Positions 55,146 to 64,000 of a stretch of DNA of 64,000 nucleotides are shown here, one piece after another. Within the stretch, counting starts at the first letter, position 1, and each line of letters opens with the position of its first letter. Position numbers and translations under genes: made by a program. The DNA is from Lytechinus pictus (taxonomy: Eukaryota). The stretch is from assembly GCF_037042905.1 (NCBI RefSeq), contig NC_087254.1:20460001-20524000 (forward strand), given 5' to 3'. The notes beneath the pieces are model-generated. The model had not been told where the DNA came from. It searched no databases and saw only the letters and a program-made list of their open reading frames with translations.

Positions 55146-56285
55146 TTATACATCCGTTTGTAACGAGGTCTGTTTGACGGTCGCCACGATGCTGATATCC
55201 TGATCATCTGGAGGAGTGTTGAAGTTTGGAGTAGGGGTAGAACTTGGAGCCCTGTCTCGAGACCGCTTCAAGAGTCGCTGAAGCCACGCTGACGGCTTTG
55301 GAATCTCCGACCAACGACATCGGACAACGCAGAGAGAAACCTGCTTGAAGATGGGTTGCTTGAAACAGTAGATGTAAGGATTGATGCAAGAGTTGATACT
55401 GTAGATTACAGCTGTATGCTTGAAGTAATATAGGTAACACTCCTCAGCGAAGAGACAGATAGTGTGAGGAAGGATACAGATAAAGAAGGCACAGACCACC
55501 ATGAACAGGTTCTTGGTGATTTCAATTTCGCGCTTGTCGATGTTTGAGAGCATCTTCTTCTTGTTAGAAGCCGGCGCCTTGTTGGAACGCCGCAGAAAGA
55601 ATTGCGTCATGTTTCGATACTGCCTTGTCACGTAGATGTATATTTTAAAGTAACAGAAACTGATGATGCAGAACGTGACGACGAAGAGAATCTCTTCGAT
55701 GACATACATGATCCGAAGCTGCAATCTGGTGCCATCGAAGACGCAGAAATGGTTCTCGGTGTTATAACCCAGTCGTCCGAACCCAAGTGATGTGGGCAAG
55801 ACGATCATCGAGAGAGGTGACAGCCAAGCAAAAGCAACCATCAAGACGACGTTCCTCCGCCGGTAGATACGCAGGTATTGTATTCTTGGTCGGGTGATGA
55901 CAAAGAGTCGATTGATGCTGATCAGCGCCAGGTGAACTATGCTGGCCTTGAAAGCAATTAGAGTCACCCCTCCAACCATTTTACAAACCCAATCCTGCAA
56001 CGGCCATCCTCGAAGGTACAATAGCGCCACCGCGTCAAGACTCAGGGTTGCGCACCCGATTAGATCCGACAGTGTCAGACTTACCACAAAGATATTCGTC
56101 ACCGTCTGTAGCTTTCGGGACAAGGCAAAGAGAAGCACGACGAAACTGTTGCCGAGCACACCGACGATGGTTACCATACAGATGACAGTAGCCAGAATAT
56201 AGTTGGTGATCACCAAGACGCGGTTATCGTAGGGGTCGGTTATGTTGACCACAGCATTCCCGGGAAGTGGTACTGGTAATGCCAT
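55146..56285 (-). CDS. Rhodopsin-class (class A) GPCR, Moody/Tre1/melatonin-receptor-like, single coding exon, 379 aa
   Basis: Seven hydrophobic segments; TM1 GN, TM2 LxxxD, TM3 Cys and NRL (DRY variant), TM4 W, TM6 FxxCxxP, TM7 NPxxY; N-terminal NIT sequon; C-terminal TDV*. A splice acceptor (ttttag|ag) sits just before the ATG at 56285, so the ORF-track start at 56339 is probably intronic. Confidence 0.93.
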   Translation of the reverse strand: MALPVPLPGNAVVNITDPYDNRVLVITNYILATVICMVTIVGVLGNSFVVLLFALSRKLQTVTNIFVVSLTLSDLIGCATLSLDAVALLYLRGWPLQDWVCKMVGGVTLIAFKASIVHLALISINRLFVITRPRIQYLRIYRRRNVVLMVAFAWLSPLSMIVLPTSLGFGRLGYNTENHFCVFDGTRLQLRIMYVIEEILFVVTFCIISFCYFKIYIYVTRQYRNMTQFFLRRSNKAPASNKKKMLSNIDKREIEITKNLFMVVCAFFICILPHTICLFAEECYLYYFKHTAVIYSINSCINPYIYCFKQPIFKQVSLCVVRCRWSEIPKPSAWLQRLLKRSRDRAPSSTPTPNFNTPPDDQDISIVATVKQTSLQTDV

Positions 56286-57739
56286 CTCTAAAACAACCAA
56301 AATTGTAAGAATACAATGATTTTTTTTAAAGAACGCCATTTGCCCTTTTTCAATAAATGCTCAAATGGATTCAAGGTGTAATGTTATAAGAATTTGTTTG
56401 AATAATATAAGGAATCATGAGTTACTGCAAATGAATTGAACTATTGTTGCACAGAATTCAGCAAAACCGATTTGATTGTAAGTATGGTGGTATTATCAAG
56501 TAGTTCATTTATGTATTATATTTGGTATATAATTAAGCATTTATGAATATACCATTTTCTCGCGAAGGATTAAAATATTGATTAAAACCTATACCAAGGA
56601 AACAAAGACAAATATGTGACATCGCCCATGTTGTAAAGGTACGGTTGCAATTTGAATTTCGTATGTTAAATTCATCACGAAGTCCTTTGATGAGCTATGG
56701 AATTATTGCAAATTTACATCTAAAAATATTGTAATTAGCAGATACTACTTTATAAAAAAAATAATAATGTATTAATGAATCTTCAAAATACAAATTTTAT
56801 CCATTTATAATTATAACATTCTTATAAAAACAATTAACGATTTTGTTTGAAGTTTGGTGCAATGTCTAATTTTTCAAGATTTTTGTCAGTAAATCTAATG
56901 AATGTCCCGATTCATGTGAAATTATGTCAAATTTATGCTCACTTATTTCGCTCGATCGCATTTTGCAGAACTAATGACGCATGTGTCATGAAAGGCCGAC
57001 TCAAAATTTTAGCTCATGATGTCACTTGAAGGTCTGACATTATTTAAAGTCATCAAAAAATGTTCTAAGAGGCGAAAATTGCGTTATCACAGGAATTTTG
57101 TGATTTATTGGTTGAATTTTTGAGATTTTTCATCTGCCATAAGGAGATTTTGCTCAGCTCAATTCTGCCAACACTGCTTCGGTAGCATTTGCCGTTATGG
57201 TCATAACTATACTGCTATCAAGCATGTGTAATATTCAAGAAAATTTCTTATGCTATAGTTCTTAGCTTAAATAGACTAATTGTTACTAAATAATTTACAA
57301 AGGAAGAAATTACCTGAGAAGCGAAGAAAAGCGGACACAAGTGAAAATAATGATTATTCCCGGATGCGTTCTGTGATGAAGACAACAGACTTGGAATGAT
57401 TGGATAGATGAATCATTGATGTAAATCTGCATATACTTGGCATTCTTAGAATGGCTTCGTCCGACCACTCGGCTGCTGGGGTTTCGCAAAGAAAATGATC
57501 AATAATTGAGGATGGAGATGACAGTAATACTACGTTCGTTGGATACACGTTATGGATTATTGATATCATGAATCCCAGAAATAGATTTAATCCTCACTTG
57601 ATCTCTTGGTTGATGGGTGTTTGTGGTTTCTCGCAGTTAGATAAGATGAGTTTTCCGTGTATCTATTTTCATTTTTTGTGTTTCATATTGTCACTAGATG
57701 TGGGAGATGATTGAAGTCAGTAATAGTCATGATAGTATA

Positions 57740-57990
57740 CGATGGTGGTGATGGTGATGGTGACGATGATGATGATGATGATGACGATGATGATGGTGAT
57801 AATGATGATGATGAGGAGGAGGAGGAGGAGGATGGTGGGATGGGTCGTCGTGGTGTTGCTGGTAGTGATCATGACAAGGTTGATGACGACTTTGATATAA
57901 TAATGCTGCTTCGGATGAGGATGTAAATGAAGATTATTTATTTATTTATTATTTATTTATTTATTTATTATTTATTTATTTATTTATTTC
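57740..57990 (+). repeat. (GAT)n/(GAG)n and (TTTA)n microsatellites
   Basis: Trinucleotide array ~57740-57835; TTTA array ~57935-57990. Confidence 0.9.
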
Positions 57991-58254
57991 AAATCTTTAT
58001 CCAGAGTAGCCTTGATAGTCACAATAGCCCGGCGGTCAACGCGAAAGATGATGATGACATGGAAACTAAAAAAATAATATAATGGTAAATAATATTCTAA
58101 ATATTGTTTGAAATTCTTTGCTTCCTGAAATACAACCTCCTCAATTTAATTCACTTAAAAACTATTGGAAAAAAAATCCTCCTTCCCAAAGACATTTCCA
58201 TTCCAGTATCGCGGTGAGGTTCGCATCAACCATGGCGTGAGTGTTGTAGCTCTA

Positions 58255-59242
58255 CAGTGCGTATCAAAAACAAAAAAAAGTTTACACTTTACAAAAATCC
58301 TGTAAAATTATTTTTGTAATATCCTGAAGATTTTTCCACATTTTAACATTGTTACAGATCCATTTAAGCAAATGACGATATAACTGTCGAAATATATTTC
58401 CGCTTGAGTGAGCACCACTTACTTTTGAAAAGTTAGTGAAAAATGATTTGCGCAGAACTTTGATTTAGTTATGCGAATAAAAGGAGGCCTTAATCATGAA
58501 GAACACGTGGAATTTAGCTAGTAAAATTGATTTGAAGATATATATTTTACCTTTTTTAACTTGTTTCCTTGCCCAAAACACTTCGAAGAGTGCATTGCGC
58601 CCACCCCACTTCCCCACACATCGAGGCCATCGTGACGATATTTGCTTTACACTGAGCTGTGATTTACATGAAATGGCTCAGGCTTGATTTTTATTTTGTT
58701 AATCATTGTCAAGCATTGGAAAAGTGTGGATAAACACATATTAAATGAAAAATAAATGTAAACCCACTTTAAATGATAAAAACATAGTGAAAAAATGCTG
58801 GAGATGTCTGTATATACTTTTGTTCAGATTCAGTTATGTCCTTATACATCCAGCTGGCACAAAAAGGGTAAAGGTTGTGCTTACTAAGTGTTAAAATTTC
58901 AATTTGGGTGGCAAAATTGTTTCGAAATGCTTGAAAGTATTCGTTTTATTTCTATTGACTAAAAGTGCACGGGAAATGTATGAGAAATGTTTCGCAGGGT
59001 AAGTTTGATTTCGCCTTTTCCTCTTGACACAGCGTGAAAACGAGCATATCTGCGCAAACAGATTTCTGCGAGCTTTACAAAAATGGACAGTGCTCACTCA
59101 AGTGTAACATTCTGTCAAAACTTTTACTTTCATTGGGAGACCCAAACCCAAGAATATATGTTAAAAAGTTACCCACATGTTGTATATTTTTTTTAATTCC
59201 AAGGGCTTTTTCAATGGATAAACTTTTTTTTGATACGCACTG
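58255..59242. mobile_element. Non-autonomous Tc1/mariner-like element, ~990 bp
   Basis: ta|CAGTGCGTATCAAAAA ... TTTTTGATACGCACTG|ta; long imperfect TIRs (ttgagtgagcac / gtgctcactcaa); no transposase ORF. Confidence 0.85.
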
Positions 59243-60112
59243 TATAAAACTGAATCATGTTCTAAATTCTTTTGTTTTATTCTTGGTGATCCCTCTTTTC
59301 AAGCGTTTGAGGTTTTTATGGACTTTTTATTTTAATTCTTTGTATTCATTTTATATTATTATGGATGAGTAGTGATGCCATGTGTGCAAGTATATCATAT
59401 TTGTAGTTTTTATACTCTCCCTCAATTATAATGTACTAGTATACATTAATGCTCATACAACCATTTTATCTCCTTATAAAGCAACATACATACAGATAGA
59501 AACAATTTCTCTATATACATCTCCTTCCATCCCCCTCCCCCCCCCTCCCTCCCACACTCTATCTCCCGCTCTCTCTCTCTCTCTCTTTCCACGTCCTTTC
59601 ACTCTCATACGGTTTTATGTTGCTTTTTTTTTTCATTTTGTATAGTTTTGTTTTAACTGACTTTTGTTCACGTGATGACATTGATTAGGAATCCCGTTCG
59701 GTGTACTGTATTGCTTGAAATCAAAACGTTATAAACGGTATAATAAAATGGAGGTGTTTGTCATTCTTTATGAAATCGAGATTAAAGTGAATTCCATTCA
59801 CAATCAATTCAAACATAAGCAATGAAGGATTCATTCAATAATTCAGCATTTATTCTTCAAACGTATTCATTTGAAATCAGTTCATAAATCGATATGCACA
59901 TATCATCAAAATAAGTAAAATTGTTTTCTATCAGAACCATACGATGTTGGTTCGGGAATTTGAAAGGTCCCATACAAAGTTATATTTTTTGTATGTTGGA
60001 TACAACATCACGCTCGAAAAAGTGAATAATATAACCATTCTCAAATAATGATCACTCTCTTGTGATCCTCTTTTGCTGCAGTGTTAGTGAAATACCGCAA
60101 AGTGAATCTTTA

Positions 60113-60585
60113 TGGCTTGGTCCCACTGGCCGACGGACGCAAAACGTATTCATAAAGGACAAAGCGGACGAGCAAAATTTCGAGGGTCGCTCCATCAGTT
60201 TTCATCCGCTCCAGAAATGGACAAAAATAGCGAAAACATAACGGAAAATAACGGAGGTTTGTAGTATTTAGCCGGAAACATAAACGGATATTCATGGGAA
60301 GCCTAGCGGATAAAAGCGGATGGAAGTGGATGGCAGCTCCGAATGGGTTACCGGGGTTTTGAATACTTAATATACGATATGCCTATGCATATACGCTTAC
60401 ATCCTTTTTATTTCCGCGCTACTAACGATGTATAGACGTTCCATGTACCTTATCTTCCCTCCCTCTTTCCATTGTTCAGCTCGAACGTATGAAGCACGTT
60501 TGCAATGAGTTTTTCATCGAATGGCAAGACTTTCGTATACGTTTTACATCCGCTTTGCATCCGTAATTGCAGTGGGACCGGGCCT
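60113..60585. mobile_element. PIF/Harbinger-like MITE
   Basis: tta|TGGCTTGGTCCCACTG ... CAGTGGGACCGGGCCT|tta (TTA TSD); internal acgga/tccgt repeats. Confidence 0.78.
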
Positions 60586-61002
60586 TTAAGTTGACATAAA
60601 ATTACTCTTAACTGTCATAATTCATAATTGCTTCAGAGTTAATATGACTTCGAAAAGGTCAAACACACAATAATATTATACAATTTTGTAAGCATTGTTT
60701 TTATCAATAAAGAAAAACACGTAATTATATTTGTCCGCCATTCAAACTTCCGCGATATCGCCTATACCCATGCAGGAATTTGAAACAACTGTTATAATAA
60801 TCAACATCGTAGTTGAGTAATGATTCCAGTACAAGATTAGTAACAGTAATTATTAATGATAGCCTCAAATAATATGACAAATCCACATGATTTTTACCCT
60901 GGTTGTTGTTCTATACACCCATGTCAACCCTGTATTATACTAAAGTTGCCTTGTGTTTACAGCGGAAAGCGATACATGCGTCGTTTCTTTGTATACTCTT
61001 AA

Positions 61003-61594
61003 AGGTCGAGTCTACCCCAGCAAAATGCTGACTCGAATAAACAGAGAAAAATCAAACTAGCATAGTGCTGAAAATTTCATCAAAATTGGATGTAAAATAA
61101 GAAAGTTATGACATTTTCAAGTTTCGCTTATTTTTCACAAAACAGTGATATGCACAACTAGGTGAGTCAGTCGATGATGTGCATCACTCACTATTTATCT
61201 TGTTTTTTATTGTTTGAAATATACTATATTTCATTTTTGTTTAGATTTGACAATAAGGACCAACTTGACTGAACCATATAGTATTAAACAATGCTAATTC
61301 CATATGTTCAGGGAGGAATTGATCGTTGTATCACTTGACAATGAGGAGAAAATTAGAATATTTCCTATTTCATATAATAAAATACAAAAGAAATAGTTAG
61401 TGGACGACGTCATAGTCTCTTCATTTGCATACCAGCCAGGATGTGCATCTAACTGTTTTTGTGAAATTAAGCGAAACTTTAAAATGTCATAACTTTCTTA
61501 TTTTACATCCGATTTCGATGATATTCTCCGTTTTATGCTTGTTGGATTTTTCTCTTTTTATTTAAATCAACTTTTTGTTGGGGTGGACTTATCT
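61003..61594. mobile_element. Kolobok-like non-autonomous element (related to A1/A2)
   Basis: ttaa|AGGTCGAGTCTACCCC ... GGGGTGGACTTATCT; shares tgctgaaaatttcatcaaaat with A2. Confidence 0.75.
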
Positions 61595-61749
61595 TTTTAT
61601 GATTTCATTGTCAGATCATTGAACGTGAAGATGTCAAATAATGTTGGATTACACAAATATACCTGGTCCCCATTTGTAAAAAAAAAATATAAAGACTTGC
61701 CTATTGATCTACATTTGAATTGTTAAGAAGATTCAGATTTTTTTATCAA

Positions 61750-61971
61750 TACTCTTAAAATAGTTGGGCAAAAAATGCCCAACTTTTAACCAACCCTGGG
61801 CAACATACTGTCCACACAACTATTGGTTAAAATCTGCCCACATTGGGTAATAAAAACTAATAATCGGGTAATTAATTTGCTCAATTGGATAATAATTGCC
61901 TAGAATATATATATTACCAACATACATTACCCTACACAGAGGACAATATGTTGCCCAACATTTTAAGTGTG
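61750..61971. mobile_element. MITE related to 51297-51557
   Basis: cttaaaa...gttgggcaa ... ttgcccaacattttaag inverted ends. Confidence 0.55.
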
Positions 61972-62279
61972 AACCGTAATTTGATTTTGACTTGAACCTA
62001 TTGCAGCTATTTGTAAGACTGTCCTTTATCATGTTTATGTTCGAGAAAAAAAAAACATTTATTTTTTTAAACGTATTTTGCCATCAAATGTTTCATTGCG
62101 TTGCTGCATTGTTAAAGTATATTTTTCAAACGAAGTGAATAGTAAGGTCAAAGATTATTAAATATGGAATAATACTTATAACAACAGACACGATGCAGTC
62201 AAAATTTTCCTTCCATTAGAGAGAGAGAAAAGAAATTCTTCTTGATTTATTAATGCTGCTATATCTGCTTGAAATATGC

Positions 62280-62505
62280 TTGACCGGGCGTTGTACGAAT
62301 GCCTGTCTCATGAACGGGAGGTCGTAGGTTCGATCCCCGGCCGAGTCAAACCAAAGAATTGAAAGATGGGATCTTCCGTCTTCTCATCAGGCACTAGACG
62401 TATTAGAATGGGGAAGGATAATACTAATTGTATGCAGGGCTCGCTGGAAGAGCAGCTTACAGCTGTAGTGGCTATACCCTGTTTAAAGAAGTTAATATTA
62501 AATCA
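62280..62505 (+). mobile_element. tRNA-derived SINE (Meta-core-like)
   Basis: Pol III B box GGTTCGATCCC at 62327-62337 after a tRNA-like arm, then gagtcaaaccaaaga...aaagatgg and a LINE-like 3' end (ctggaagagcagct...taccctg) with an AT-rich tail. Confidence 0.7.
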
Positions 62506-63374
62506 TATTCCTTAATGATTTCCATGACAATTCTTTATAACGTTTATGAACAACAGTCATAACAGAAACATTTCACCTTGCGTTTTTTTTTAAACTTTGC
62601 TGATTAGCGGGAGGCCATACAGAGTTAAATCCTAGTAGTTAACTTCAATAGGACGGGAGGCATAAATTAGCATAAGTAATTAAGTAATTTTCATGTAAGA
62701 ATTAACTATACAATTCTGTAGATCATGTTCATGGAAACGTGCCTGCCAATTTTCGGCGCGATTTCGTGGTCGACGACCGAGATTTCAAGAGATAGGGGGC
62801 TCTCACCTGCCATCCCAAATTTACTAGGCCTAGTTCGGGGCTAAGGTAGCATCTATACTACACTTGCTTAAAAAACCGCAGCAACTCACCTAAATAATCA
62901 ATAATAAAGGTCATCAACAAGTTAGAGGGCTCGAAGTAAAGCTTATTCTACTATACATTAATGGTTGTTTGACAAGTAGATTTATCATATGAAAAACAAC
63001 ATTATTTTAGCTGGCTATATCAGAATACGATTAACATATTTTCAAGGACTTCGATGAAAATGCAAATAAAGCAAAACTACCTCACATAATCATTAGTAAT
63101 ACTCAGTGAATAATGAAAATTTCGTTTCCCTTCATCTTAAAATATTCCGATAATCGTTTTCACATGTCTTTTCAATATTTCTAACAGTTCAAAATAATAC
63201 CGGAGACAGCTGCTATTATATTCGGTGTACGCCAATATTAAATATTCATAATTTCCTGGTTTCCGAGGAGGTCATGATATAAGGGCAAGTTTCATGACAT
63301 AAAAGCGAGATGGATTAGTCTAGATAGAGAAGCACTCCCAGATAGAAGAGGTTAGAAAACCCTATAGGAAAACC

Positions 63375-64000
63375 TTAAAGGAAACGCTTGAGCCACTTCG
63401 CTGGTTTAGGTATACCGGAAAGATCACCGCGGAATAGACACGAAGAAACCTCCCTGAATGTCGGGTGCTTTAAGCAGTATATGAGTGGATTTGTCATAGA
63501 GTTGATAACTAGAATGGTCGCTGTGTACTTAAAGTTAGTTGTATAACATTTATGTGTAGCAAGACACAGAATATGAGGAAACACAAACACGAAGAAGCTA
63601 CAGACTACCATAAACAGGTTTTTCGTGATGTCGATCTCACGTTTCGTCAAAACTCGACGCATTTCCTGTGCCGACTGGGCGCGTCGTCGCTTTTTGTTCA
63701 CCGATCGAGTTTTATCACCCATTGCATACACTTTGGACCTAATGCTTTGTACGCTCTGCCGGAGTGAATACGCACTTGGTCTGCTATCGATGACACTCTG
63801 TCGTGGCGATGACGCACTTGGTCTGCTGTCAATGACACTCTGTCGCGGTGAAGACGCACTTGGTCTGCTGTCAATGACACTCTGTCGTGGCGAAGACGCA
63901 GTTGATCTGCTGTCAATGATACTCTGTCGTGGCGACGACGCACTTGGTCTGCTGTCAATGACACTCTGTCGTGGCGAAGACGCACTTGGTCTGCTGTCAA
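63375..64000 (-). CDS. Second, paralogous class A GPCR, 5'-partial (ICL3, TM6, TM7, helix 8)
   Basis: KREIDITKNLFMVVCSFF...NPLIYCLKHPTF...IPKPAKWL aligns with KREIEITKNLFMVVCAFF...NPYIYCFKQPIF...IPKPSAWL of the neighbouring GPCR. The same frame stays open from 63731 to the window edge. Confidence 0.9.
   Translation of the reverse strand, partial: DSRPSASSPRQSVIDSRPSASSPRQSIIDSRSTASSPRQSVIDSRPSASSPRQSVIDSRPSASSPRQSVIDSRPSAYSLRQSVQSIRSKVYAMGDKTRSVNKKRRRAQSAQEMRRVLTKREIDITKNLFMVVCSFFVFVFPHILCLATHKCYTTNFKYTATILVINSMTNPLIYCLKHPTFREVSSCLFRGDLSGIPKPAKWLKRFL
63771..64000 (-). repeat. Coding minisatellite, 42-bp unit, at least 5.5 copies, encoding SVIDSRPSASSPRQ
   Basis: Plus-strand unit gacgcacttggtctgctgtcaatgacactctgtcgtggcgaa repeated with few substitutions; no stop codon in the GPCR frame. 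Confidence 0.95.

Noticed and set aside
56286-56339. N-terminal extension MAFFKKNHCILTILVVLE as a signal peptide
   Set aside because: It coincides with a T-rich tract ending in ttttag, which looks like a splice acceptor. Probably intronic, though not excluded.
57711-57926. Poly-Asp/Glu ORF
   Set aside because: Translation of a (GAT)n/(GAG)n microsatellite.
62280-62345. Functional tRNA gene
   Set aside because: B box is present but the A box and acceptor stem are degenerate, and it continues into a SINE core and tail.
63698-64000. ORF-track protein MTADQVRLRHDRVSL repeat
   Set aside because: Alternate frame of the 42-bp array. It stops at 63698, whereas the Ser-rich frame is continuous with GPCR TM6-TM7.
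63771-64000. CRISPR-like array
   Set aside because: Head-to-tail repeats without unique spacers, in eukaryotic coding context, with no cas genes.

Overview
AT-rich eukaryotic genomic DNA with spliceosomal GT-AG introns. The repeat content and GPCR type suggest an invertebrate deuterostome such as a sea urchin (inference). The window holds three protein-coding loci. (1) A complete 8-exon, ~42-kb gene on the + strand encodes a 310-aa, catalytically intact but divergent PP1-like Ser/Thr phosphatase catalytic subunit (join 2206..2283, 3352..3557, 4664..4771, 23128..23216, 31616..31764, 41782..41895, 43082..43225, 44197..44241). (2) A rhodopsin-class GPCR with an uninterrupted CDS (Moody/Tre1/melatonin-receptor-like, NRx motif) lies on the - strand at 55146..56285. 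(3) The 3' half of a tandem paralogous GPCR (63375..>64000, - strand) has a third intracellular loop made of an in-frame 42-bp/14-aa Ser-rich tandem repeat that the ORF track missed. The rest is introns and intergenic DNA full of non-autonomous DNA transposons (Kolobok-, Harbinger-, Tc1/mariner- and hAT-like MITEs), L2-type LINE remnants, a tRNA-derived SINE, simple repeats and a 551-nt assembly gap. Most notable observations: the DRD4-like coding repeat in a GPCR that lacks the C-tail of its neighbour; remodelled regulator-docking surfaces and non-canonical intron positions of the PP1; a candidate alternative PP1 terminal exon; inverted MITE pairs bracketing PP1 exon 6 and intron 3; and YAG|GT recursive-splice-like sites. 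All alignments and translations were done by eye; no database search was run.
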